From positions 902,719 to 966,718 of the forward strand of contig JAAOMT010000512.1 of assembly GCA_016748015.1 (NCBI GenBank): 64,000 nucleotides of DNA, in the 5' to 3' direction. This DNA is from Geosiphon pyriformis uo1. Taxonomy: Eukaryota > Fungi > Glomeromycota. Below, in pieces: positions 14,223 through 26,332 of this stretch. A program made the translations under genes and the position numbers. The notes under the pieces are model-generated. The model was given only the letters and a program-made list of their open reading frames with translations. It ran no database searches and was not told the origin of the DNA. The first letter of the stretch is position 1. Each line of letters opens with the position of its first letter.

Positions 14223-15181
14223 TGTTACCAGACAAAATTAGAGATATTATTTAGCATGAAATTATCTTTATAATTCCTATCATTAATTAGCATATATTAT
14301 TGTTTTAAATTATTACTTATTACATTAGCAAAATATCCGAAATTATCATTTAATTAATAACCCAATCTGCACATAACATAAATGTAATCTAATTGTGATG
14401 ATCAATCATGCAATACCCCGAACTATGTAACATTCAAAAAGTTTGCCAAAATTTGTAGAAATTCACTGAAATAATTAATAGTTTACCAAAATATCTAAAT
14501 AGTTCGTAAAAATAACTTGTAGTTTGCTGAAATGTATCTTTAGTTCAGCGAAATTGTAGAAAATAGCAAAGTTCAAGTTTATAGAATAGTGTTATGACAA
14601 GTTGTATAAAAAAAGAACTTCTCTCTTCAAAAAAAATGTATCTTACTTCAGATTTAACAATTAGAATCATTCTTTACACACAAAGACAAAATAAATATCA
14701 AATAAATTGAAAAGCCAAATTCTTAATTATTTCTCTTAAAATTGACTAGCTACTAATTTCAGTAAACTGTTAAAGCACTTCCAGGCCTGGATCTGAAATG
14801 ACTTTCATAAAATCATCTTTTATTTTCTTTACATTTTCTTTCTTTTTTTTTTTTTTTTTCTTATCATAATTATTAAGAATAGCCTACAGATAAGATTTCT
14901 GTAGAAGAGTTGACTTTCACAACAAAATAACTACATATTTTTAGTGAGCTTCCAGATGAGCAATTCTTGGGAAAGAGTTGACGTTTACTACAATGTAATT
15001 ACAATCAAGTAACTGGCATGGAATTGACCATTCCACTTATAAGCCCAGCAGTTCAAATTATAAGAGATAATTTGAAGATAAATTCAGTTACTGGAGGTCC
15101 AACTACTTCCTGGAAACGTGAATTCACAGCAAATCAATATCAACAACATTCAAAAAAAGAGACCAAAAACCTCCAGTAATA
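14223..15181 (+). repeat. 5' LTR
   Basis: TGTTACCAG start, CCAGTAATA end; TATA-like GTATAAAA at ~14603; followed by the PBS. Confidence 0.9.
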
Positions 15182-15183
15182 TT

Positions 15184-15201
15184 TGGTGCTCTCTCATAGA
15201 A
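15184..15201 (+). promoter_or_regulatory. tRNA primer-binding site
   Basis: TGGTGCTCTCTCATAGAA starts 2 nt after the LTR and is complementary to a tRNA ending ...GAGAGCACCA. tRNA identity not established; same motif at 5076. Confidence 0.75.
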
Positions 15202-18200
15202 ATAACACAACAACAACAAATTCAAAGTGGCGACCACACCAAACACAGCAACTTTAGAGTATTATCAGTCAATCTACACCCACTGCAAGCAGAGATTTAA
15301 CATCCCAGACGGAATTGAAACATTCAAGAAAACACTTTACTAGTATATTGAAAATTGCATCAACAATTATCTTTTTGGAGACTACAACATTTCAGAAGTT
15401 AGACACAACTTATATGAAAGCTTAGTACATCACTTTTGTTTAAACACTCAGGATTTTAACAGTCAAACACTTGAAACATACTTCCAAGAACTCAACTTCA
15501 ATATCATTCAGTATTGCGAAGAAAATTACTCAGTAGAACAGAAATTTTCTCTTGGTTTTGAATCAGAAACAGAAGAAGAGAAAGGAAAAAGAAAACAAAA
15601 ACTCAGAACTACTCCCAATACACCTAAAACCACTGCCAAACATTTACAAACTTCAGAACAAGAAACCAGCTTTAAATTACTACTTTTAATCACACTATTT
15701 CCAGCTTCACTTGCTCAACCGCAAACACCAAGCTTACCACTTATTCGGTTTTCAAGAATAGAAAATTTTCAGTCATCCAGAAGCCCTATTCAACAACAAG
15801 AACCAATATCAACCAGCACAAACCTTATTGACTACTTAACAGAAAATTGAAGTGAAGAGACCAAATCAGAACAAAAAACAGAAGACTCAGAAAATGAAGA
15901 AGAAATAGCCTCCACATATATTGCAAAAATCTCTGAGTTCACAGAAGAAGACAGTGAAACCAGTTCTCAAAAATGGCTTGACAAAGTCTCAAAAGCAGGA
16001 GATGCAAATGGTTGGAATGCTGTCAGAATGTTAAAAGCAATCCCATATTTCTTACAAAGAATGACTGGTGAATAATTTGAAAACTTGGAAGCCCTACCAG
16101 AAAACTGGGAAGCATTCAAAACTGCTTTTTTAGAACAATTTACTGACAATAACACTTCCATTACCCTTCAAAATCGATTCCAAAATATCAAGCAAGAACC
16201 AAGTGAATCAATTATGATCTATTTTGGGAAATTCAACAAACTGCTTAGAAGGATTCACCAATTGGAAACCAATGAATACTACTCCAATGCACAAATCTTG
16301 AATCAATTCATTGCTGGACTAAAAGACAAACTTATCAAAAAAGTTTGCCCACATGCACCAGAAGATTTAGCCATTGCTATTCAACAAGCAAAAAACAATG
16401 AAATGGCTATGGAAAAAGCCAACCATACCAAACTTGTTAACCTGGCTATTGGAAAGACCAGCTCAACAGCTGAAGAAAAAATTGACCAATTAACCAAGAA
16501 AGTTGAAAACTATTTCACCAACTAACAGCAACAACAGCAGCTGCAGCAATCACAACAACCACAAAGATACCAACCCTCACAACAATGCAATCAAAACAAC
16601 TTCAGACCATTATCCAACAACCAAATCCAAAATTATCATTATTGTGGAATTCTAGGACACTGGAAACGTGATTGTAGAAAATTGCAATGGGACCAACAAC
16701 AGAGGAATAATCAACATTATTCCCAACTACAACAATTATATTATCTACTACCACTACCAGCTTACTATCCACCAAGATCTCAATACCAAAGTAACTATTA
16801 TCAGCCTGCTCCACAGCCAATCCAACAGCAATACTAACAACTACTCACACAACATTATCAAGTACCTGCTTGAAGATTGATTCCGCAAAATCAATTTACA
16901 TCACAAAATCAATACCAAATAAACCACAATAGAATCAATTTGAACAACCAATTGGTTCCCTGAAATTCAGCTCAACCAAGACCCAACCACTATCATACTC
17001 AACCTAGTTATTTTATGATGCCAGAAGAACAGGATTTTTACCATATTACACTCTCAGAAGGTAGAGCTGTAGCACAACAACAAAACTCTTCCTATACTTC
17101 TACCACAATCCCATCAGCCAGAATTGCTGAAAACACCAACCTTTCAGATATATTCCCTTTCAAATTTGAAGCAAATGAATCACCATTCTTGCTTAGCAAT
17201 ACAGCAGCTAACAAGCAAAAAGCCATTACTGTAATGTACACAGAAGCTGAAGTAGAAGGAAAGCCAATTCACTTGATCCTAGACAGTGGATCCACCGGAA
17301 GCATCATCACATATCAATTGATGCAGCAGCTAAAGAGAAATGTTGACCAACCAGCTCAAACAGTCATTGTCACTGCTGATGGCATAAAAAAGACTTCAGT
17401 AGGAGAAATTGACAACTTTTTATTCACAATTGACAGAACTACCATTCTAGTCAAAGTTCTAGTTATGGCTGCTCCCCAATACTAAGCTCTCATCAGAAAT
17501 GATTGGCTCCAAAAAGCCAATGCTAATCTGAATTGGGAGACACAAGAGTTAACAATCTCTTACCAAGAACAACACACCCAAGTTCCTGTCACTTGTGATA
17601 CATTCAACAAATGCTCCAAAAAAGCCCCGGCTTTTGAATTCGAACCGGAAGAAGAAAAACCCATTATTAAAACATTTATGACACTTGGATCAACCTCCAA
17701 TTGGGCTGATAAAACTGAACAACAGTATTTTTTAACAAATGATTCTCTTGAAACAAAAAAACCAGTAACACCCGGATGGAATGTCTTCTATTTAAAACCA
17801 GAATTATGAAAACAATGCTCTTATATTCCACTCAAATGCAAAGATTGTCACAAGAAACTCTTATCAATGGGAGCTTGTATTTCACCTAAGGAAGAATACA
17901 GAAACCATATCTGTTATTATTGCAAGTCCTGCCACTGAGAATGATGGGGACACCTAGTCAAAAAAAGTGGAAAATGAAACAGAACGCTTTGTTTGACTTG
18001 TGGAGAACGATTATCTGATGAATGCAACTGGATTGATGTTGCATTCAAAGGAGGAGTCTGCAATCAAACATGCCAATATGCTTTTTTAATTTCAGAAAAA
18101 GTAGCAAGAAGAACCCCTTTTGATGCTGCTTACAACAGCACCCTCAACAAACTATACCATTATCCTCATGATGCCAAAATAATTTTTGATCTAGCAATGA

Positions 18201-18562
18201 CTTTAATCAATAGAGCCACTCAAGAAAATGTTCGTCAAATAAAAGAATCAGAATACATTACATACATCTTTGAAATTGCTGGATACAACTACAAAGATGA
18301 AGTAGAAGTATATTACCAAATTGCCAGTCATACCTACCCAACCAAAAAAGCTTAAGCTCAATGGCTAGAGCAAATGAACATTAAATTATGTGAGGAATGC
18401 ATAATGCCTTGTGATGAACAATAGTGTCCTGAATGCTACACTTGTAGCATTCCCTTGCCCAGCGAAAGTGATGAATATGAAATTGAATTTGGAGAACTTG
18501 AAGCAACAAAAAAAATTAAAGCCACACCTGTCTATCTCATCAAAAATCAGTCTGCTTCACAA

Positions 18563-18991
18563 CTCAAATACTTCAACAACAATGGACAAGGAATAAAGCC
18601 TGAAAAAGCCCATGAAATTGATGCTGGATATAATCTAAGATATTCAAGAAAAGAGACCCTTACTTTGAAACCTAAATTGCTCACAAAAATTAATCTCAAA
18701 ATTGCTCTTGAAATCCCACTAGGAGCAATAGTGCAAATTGCCTCACGATCATCATTGGCAAGCAAAGGAATCAATGTTAAAGGAGGAATCATAGATGCAG
18801 AATATACAGGAGACATTACAATCATATTACAAAATGAAACCAATAAATTTTTTCAGATTGAACATGCTGAAAAAATTGCTCAAGCTATTTATTTACCCTT
18901 AATCAACATTTCGGGTTTACAATTAGTTAATCAAAGAGAACAATTGAGAAAATGTGAAAAAAGAACCAAAAGTTTTGGTTCAACTAGATAA
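18563..18991 (+). other. Trimeric-type dUTPase domain inside Pol
   Basis: All five motifs in order: DAGYNL, RSSLASKG, GIIDAEYTG, KIAQ, RTKSFGST. Confidence 0.92.
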
Positions 18992-21900
18992 TTCACAATT
19001 CCAATAAACATAGCTCTCAATGAACAAAATAAATTTCACCATATTCTATGACTTCCACAATTAATTACTATTTCACCTTTTGGAGAACATCCAGAAATCT
19101 ACACCTGCCCAAAGCCAATAACCACACAACAAATTTTTGAGTCCAATAAACAAATCTACTTGGAACATAATATCTCGATCCCAAATATTTACATTCAAGA
19201 AGGAACAAAGAAAGTCCGAGTTACTTTTTACAATCCCAACAGTTACCTCATAGTTTTATTAAATAATATAGAAATTGGAGTTATTCACAGTAATATCTTT
19301 CAACAAAAATTACCCCAGACAGTTCCCAATTTCTCAGAAATCATTGAACATTCACTACCAAAAATCAACCCAAATCCCAGTTCTGAAAATTATCATGTTG
19401 TCATAGAAAAACTATCTCGAATCAACATGAGACAACTTGAACCACAACAACAGAACCAGTTCAAAGAGCTAATTGCAGAATTTGCTGATATCTTTGCCAA
19501 AAACAACAATGACTTAGGAAGAACTGATTTGGTTTAACACCAAATCTATACAGAAAATGCCAAACCAAAACAACAACAAGCCTACCAAGTTGCTTCAGAA
19601 AATCACCAATTTATCCAAAAAGAAGTACAATGGATGCTTAAAAATGGGCTTATTCAATCATCAATGAATCCATGGGCCTCATCTGTGGTCCTAATTAAAA
19701 AAAAAAATAGAAAAATACAATTTTGTGTTGATTATCGACAACTCAACAGTATTACTATTGAAGATACCTACCCTCTTCTCCAAATCAATGACATGTTAGA
19801 TGCTCTTGGAAAATCCAAATACTTTTCAACACTAGATTTAAAAAACAGATACTGGCAAGTTGCTATGGACCCCAAAGATTGCCCCAAGACAGCTTTTACT
19901 ACTCAAGAAGAAAATTACGAGTTTAATGTAATGCACCAGCAACATTCTAAAGACTTATGGATGTTGTTTACAAAGGCCTCCTTTAGAAATCCATAGTTGT
20001 CTATCTTGATGATACTAATGTTTATTCACCATCTTTTGAATTACACTTAAAACACCTGTGAAAAGTTTTTCAACGATTACGGAAAGCAGGATTAAAACTA
20101 AACGTCGAAAAATACTACTTTGGAAAAACAAGTTTGGCCTTTCTTGGTCACATTGTTAGTAAAAATGGAATCAAACCTAATTCAGAAAAAATAAGCACTG
20201 TCAAAAATTTCAAAACCCCTCAAAATACCACCAAACTAAGAGGATTCATCAGATTAGCATCCTACTATTGGAAATTTATTAAAGGATTCTTGGAAATTGC
20301 AAAACCTCTCAACCAGCTCACCACCAAAAACATTGAATACAAATAGACTACCAAACACCAAAAAGCTTTTGGAATTCTTAAGGAAAAACTGACAACAGCT
20401 TTAATTCTCGCCTACTCAAACTTCAGTAACCAATTTTAATTAGCTACAGATGCTTCTTATACTGTTTTTGGCACCATCTTATCACAACTAGATGACAACA
20501 GAAATGAGCGAATAATTGTTTATGCTAGCAGAACATTGAAACCAGCCAAGAAAAATTACCCTGCCACAGAACTAAAAACAGCAGCCATAATTTGGGCTCT
20601 ACACCACTTCAATCTTTATCTCAGACTTAAAGAATTTGATATTATCACTGATAATATTGGACTCAAATGGTTACAAAACAAAAACACCCAACTCAATACA
20701 AAATAAACCTGATGAATAGGATTTCTAGCAAACCATTGATATATAGTATACCACAAACCAGAAAAACTCCACACTAATGTCAACTGTCTCTCAAGAATGA
20801 GGCAAGATTAGAAAAATAAACCAACACTCAATCCAAACAACAAAAACAGCTACCAAACAATGAACTCTGAAAACTACAACAATATCAAACAATATTTAGA
20901 GACTTTAACAATCCCAACAGATTGGTCTCTAAAGGAAAAACATTGATTACAACAACAAGCCAAACAATATTTTCTACACAATAACATTATTTATTATCGA
21001 AACTTCCGAAATCCAGACAAACCACTCAAATTAATACAAGAAAATGAAAAGAAAACTATCTTATACAACATGTACTTAGACCCTTCATTAGCACATTTAG
21101 GAAAAGATAGCACCACCCAAAGAACATTAGAACACTACTTTTGGCCTCGAATGAGAAAAAACATTCATGAATATGTCAAATCTTGTGATAGTTGTCAAAG
21201 AAGAGAAAGAACTCGCCCTACAGAACTTTTAAATCCAATCAAAGTTGGACAACTCTTTGACTGAGTTGGTATCAATTTAGTCGGACCACTACCTATCACA
21301 AATCAAGGAAACTGTTATATCACAGTAACTGTAAACTATCTCACTAAATGGCCCGAAGTCAGAGCCATTCAATAAGCAGATGTGAAATCAGTAGCAAATT
21401 TCATTTACAAAGACATTATCTGTAGACATAGTTGTCCAATTGAACTTTTGTCCAACCAAGGAACACATTTCATGAACAATCTAATCTAAAAAATTTGTGA
21501 ACAATTCAATGTCAAAAGACCTTTGTCTTCACCTTACCATCCACAAACAAATGGACTTGTAGAACATTTCAATAGGACACTATGTGAATCATTAGCCAAA
21601 GTCTCAACCAATTTTGAACAGGAATGGAATATCTTTATTCCATCAGTGTTACTAGCATATAGAACACTAAAACAAGATACCACAAAACACACACCATTTG
21701 ACTTAACCTACAGAAAAACAGCAATGTTACCAATTAATTTCACTGTGGAACTATATCCAGTACAACTAATTAACAAAGAAAACTTTCAGGAAATGCTTTA
21801 ACAAAGAGCCTACACTCTTCTCAGCACATTAGAAAGAAAATGACAAATAGCAGCCACTCATATCAAACACTCCCAAGCTTAACAAAAAGAATGGCATGAC

Positions 21901-22394
21901 AACAAATTGCCACCAGTCACCAATGAATTTAAAGTTGAAAACAAAGTTCTCTTACACAGAACTAAAGCTGAAAAACAATGGAGTAGAAAATTTGAAAATA
22001 AATAGGATGGACCATTCTTTATTCACAAAATTTTAGGCAATAGATCATACAAGTTAAGACTTGATGATAAAATCCTAGCAAAAGTTGCACATGGAGATCA
22101 ATTAAAACACTATCACTCCAGAACACATCCTGAATCATTAATTCCACAAATTGGTACACATTCCCCTTTAATCAATCCCAAAGATATTTCCAGAAATTTG
22201 GAACCAATAGTTGTTATTGAACAACCTTCCAACTTGAACACTTAATTTAAATTTACTATAGTTATTCCCTTATAAATTAAAAATAATTTTACAAAAACAA
22301 AACAAAACAAAACACACTGAAAGACAAAAATAACATAAAAACCCACATACCAAAAATAATTTCAATCTATTTTTTTTTTCACACAAATTTTATA

Positions 22395-22756
22395 ATGACT
22401 ATTCCTCAAAATATTCAACAAATATCTCAAAAATTAATGCTAGCTTTAAAAACAATATCCGAATTATCTATCACTATTACAGGAAAACATATTAATTATA
22501 CCCAAACAGAAATAGTTGCCAATTTAGCCCCAAATTCACGAAATTATCACCCCTACAAAAAGAACACAAGAAGTTATTCTGGAATTCATTTACCAGAACT
22601 TTTGAAGCTTGCTTTAAGAGAAAATTTAATGTTCACTCCTATTAGTATTTCACCAAATGCTACTATTCAACAAAAACTTTAACTGGGTCTTAATAAAAAA
22701 AACCATGACTATACTTCAATATATAGATATTTCTACATTGGAAAAACACTTCACGA
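22395..22756 (+). pseudogene. Extra ORF3 downstream of integrase, unknown function, cut off by the 3' LTR
   Basis: ATG ORF of 95 aa; after one TAA the frame continues LGLNKKNHDYTSIYRYFYIGKTLH straight into the LTR. Confidence 0.55.
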
Positions 22757-23729
22757 TGTTACCAGTAGAATTTTAGCTATTAATTAGCATGAAATTACCC
22801 TTATAATTCCTATAATTCATTAGTATATTAATATCATTTCAAATTATCATTTATTATTTAATCAATTATCACATATCACAATTCAATTAAAATAATCTAA
22901 TTAGTATAACAGAAAGTAGGATGATCAAATTACACAATACTCTGAACTTTGTAACATTCAAAAATTCGCCGAAATTTACAGAAATTCGCCGAAATTATGA
23001 ATAGTTCACCCAAATTAATCAATAGTTCAGCGAAATAACTTGTAGTTCATCAAAATGTATCTTTAGTTCGCCGAAATTTGAGCAAAAAGAAAAAGTGCAA
23101 GTTCATAGACTAGTACTACAACAAGTTGTATAAAAGAAGAGCTTTTTTCTTCTGGAAAATGTATCTTACTTTAGATTTATCACTTAGAACCATTCCTACA
23201 TACACAAAAAGAAATAAATATCAAATAATTCAAAAAAACCAAATTCTTTAATTATTACACTTGGAAAATCCCCAAAACCCAACTAACATTTCGAAATTGA
23301 TTAGCTACCAATTTCAGTAAACTGTTAGTGACTCCAGGCCTGGATAGAAAACGTTTCTCTTGATAAAATTCTATTTCTTTTATATTTCTTTTATTTTTTC
23401 TTTCTTTTCTTATTACAATTATTAGAGTAGCCTACAGATGAGATTTCTGTAGAAGAGTTGACTTTCACAACAAAGTAACTACATATTTTTAATGAGCTTC
23501 CAGATAAGCAATTCCTGGGAAAGAGTTGACATTTACTACAATGTAACTACAATTAAGTAACTGGCATAGAATTGGTCATTTCACTTATAAGCCCAGCAGT
23601 TCAAATTATAGGAGATAATTTGAAGATAAATTCAATTACTGGAGATTCAACTACTTCCTGAAAATGTGAATTCACAGCAAATCAACATTAACAACATTCA
23701 AGAAAAGAGACCAAAAACCTCTGGTAATA
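22757..23729 (+). repeat. 3' LTR
   Basis: TGTTACCAG...CTGGTAATA terminal inverted repeat; LINE sequence resumes immediately afterwards. Confidence 0.9.
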
Positions 23730-26332
23730 CTGAGAACAAAATTGACAAAAAACCAAACATCCAAATGTGCTTTAGCCAGGCTAGGCTTTAAAAGACCATC
23801 AGAAGACAAAAATATACCCAGATAACAATGAGATACACCCTTTTTGGCGATGAAAATAGGTAAGTCACTAACAGTCAAAACTGGGTTCACAACTTTATAG
23901 TTGATGGAAATGGCCACAGTCTTGTCATTGTTAATTAAAATGTTATTAAACCTAAAAAAGTCACTAGCAATATTCAGAATATATTGAGTAGCAGCCTAGC
24001 TGTTACCAACCCAAATTGTATCATTAATGAAAGCACTAGTGGCCAGAAATGATGACAGCCCACTCTGAGATTCCACACGGCTGGTTCTAGTAACAAAATG
24101 AGAAATCAACCTGTAATCACACACACTCTCTTGTCATTTGACCTTACACAAAAGTGAATTATAAAATATGTGCCAAAGAAGAGGTGAGAAAATCTCACTC
24201 TGATCCAAACCATCATAAACATGGTAATTATCAGTCAATCCAAAATCCGTTATCACTCTGTTAACGTGGCCATTATGAATGCCACCAAAGAATCTAATAA
24301 ACCTATCACACATCTTGATCCTGATCAGACTTCTCCTAAGATGTTCCTAACCAACAGAGTCATAAGCCTTCTACATATCCTGCAACACCAGCCACAATTC
24401 CCGGTTTTTCTCCAAGGCATTTTTAATTACAGAACCAATGGCAAAAATGGGCGATTGTGTAGTTGTACTTTTCAAGACAGAAAAATTGTCCCTGCAAAGG
24501 ACATCAAAAGTACTATAAGCTAAAGAGATCTGGTCTGAAAGAATCTTGGAAAGTATTTTGCGAGCTGTTTCAATCAAAGCAATAGGACAGGTATTTGTGA
24601 GAACACCTTCCCACTCATAAGATTTAGGAATCATTGAAACCCAAGCCTCCCTCCAAGATCCAGGCACTGCCTCACTAATCAAGCAAAAGTTCAAGAATAC
24701 TAAAAGCATATCTAAAACCGACTTATCACAATGTTTCCAAAATTCATTAGATATACTGAAAAGACCAGCCATTTTCCCCTCAGGCAAATTGGAAATAACT
24801 CCGAACATTTCATCAAAACTAATTAAGCACATGACATTGGTGAAGACACCATCAAAAACATGATTCAAAGGCTAGAATTGTTGTTTCCAATCACTGAAAA
24901 TGTCAGGCATCACTACACACTTCCAAGTCTAACTCTCCATAATCACATCTACCTTAGATTTAACCAACATAGGCTCCAAGACCAACTCCTCACCCATGAT
25001 TAGATGATCCAACACCACCTTCTGAAATGGCCTCTCTAAAACACTCCAGATGGTATGACCCTTGTCTACCTCAAAACTCTCCATCTTTTTCTCAATAGCC
25101 TGTCTTATACAAAAATCTTCGGCATGCTTAGATTCCATTAATTTGGCAGAGCGGTAAAACTTTCTAGTCTTAGCCAGCTCAGAACAGACAGCATCAAATC
25201 CGGAGCCAGCAAAAAATAAAAACTTTACTAAAAAAGCATGCACAGAATCAAGTTTGTCCCAAGTATCCAATAAAGAAGCAAAGTCTCTACCAGAAACCAG
25301 AGAAACTTTAACCAGCTTAGACATAAGTAGCTCCAGTTTATGAAATCTGGATGACTTCTTATTAAAAACACTATCAAAGCACTTGAACCATTTTTTTCTG
25401 AAAGTTCTACCAGCCGAGAGAACCAAAACCTTGTGAACAATATCCCACATTACATCCAAATTTGAATACCACTTAGCCACAACAAAAACATCTGAGAACA
25501 TATCAGCATTAGCAGCTGTGGCCTCTCTGAATTCAGACCACTTAGACTTATTGACATTTTTGATATCATACTTCGAATGATCCTTATTCGCTTGCTTGCA
25601 TATCGAATTTAACTGGACATCAAGCAGGCCATCCAAGCCTATAGAAATAGAAACAGCTCTGTGATCAGTATTAAAAAAGGCCTCAACACCAGCCACACAG
25701 TAATCCACTACCACACCAACCAAATTAGAAGAGACAAAAACATAATTAATTGTCTTATTAACACCACGAAAGTTGCACCAAGTCAGTGTCTTCACAAATG
25801 AGCTTTCATACAGCAAGTTGACCAGACCCAACTCAAAACATTTCTTGAAGCTGACACACCTATAAGAACCATCCTTGTTGAAATCACCACCAAGGATAAC
25901 AAAAGAAGATTCATTAACAGCCTTTGCAATCAAAGAATTAATCTCGTCAGCCTGAGAAAATTGAACAACTGACAAGGCACCAGCATAAAGCCCCAGAACA
26001 GAAACTGAAAGTTTGTTTCTAAAAAGAAGTCTAATACACAAAAGGTGACCTGGAACCTCAGAAATTTTACAAACATGCTTAGCCAAAGAACTGTTCACTA
26101 CAATTGTGACACCAGCACCAACATAGCCAGAACTCAAACCAGAAGAGAACACATGAACACCATCAAACTTGTTAGCCAATCACAGATAAGTCTTATCTCT
26201 CAACTTTGTCTCCGTAAAAATTGAAACCAAATTGTCCATATCTTTGTGCCACCAAACAATATTATCCTGTTTGGCAGGATTGTTCATACCCCTAACATTA
26301 TACATGGCAATCTTTCAGATAATATTGGTCAT
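23730..26332 (-). pseudogene. LINE ORF2 N-terminal part: AP endonuclease and reverse transcriptase
   Basis: YNVRG, FTETK, LGGDFN, TDHRAV (APE); IPK...PIALIETARKIL, LQDM*KAYDSV, GLDQSEIFSPLLW, FINDT, YLGIFL (RT). Confidence 0.9.

Larger units (their letters stand above)
15122..22245 (+). pseudogene. Single-frame Gag-Pol polyprotein (pre-Gag domain, capsid, Zn knuckle, aspartic protease, Cys-rich domain, dUTPase, RT, RNase H, integrase)
   Basis: ORF fragments 16085, 17015, 17993, 18455, 19160 and 19634 share one frame. Motifs: (C)HYCGILGHWKRDC ~16634, LILDSGS ~17273, YLDD 20002-20013, LATDAS, HLGKDST...CDSCQ, YHPQTNGLVE, GPF. A ~19-bp deletion at ~19935 shifts the frame; many TAA/TGA stops. 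Confidence 0.9.
14223..23729 (+). mobile_element. Ty3/Gypsy LTR retrotransposon carrying dUTPase, near full length, pseudogenised
   Basis: LTRs 14223-15181 and 22757-23729 (TGTTACCAG...CTGGTAATA); PBS; domain order PR-RT-RH-IN. Confidence 0.95.

Noticed and set aside
15018-15179. 53-codon ATG ORF inside the 5' LTR (MELTIPLISP...)
   Set aside because: The other LTRs have ATA or ACA at the start codon, consistent with decay of an ancestral ACG, so the ATG may be a deamination product.
22100-22245. Chromodomain at the integrase C-terminus
   Set aside because: Only a short Pro-rich tail follows the GPF module; no chromodomain motif is visible.
22395-22756. Calling ORF3 an envelope gene
   Set aside because: No signal peptide, furin site or TM helix in the surviving sequence.
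22960-23080. CRISPR-like reading of the periodic motif
   Set aside because: Eukaryotic LTR context, 20-bp period, no spacers of CRISPR size and no cas genes.
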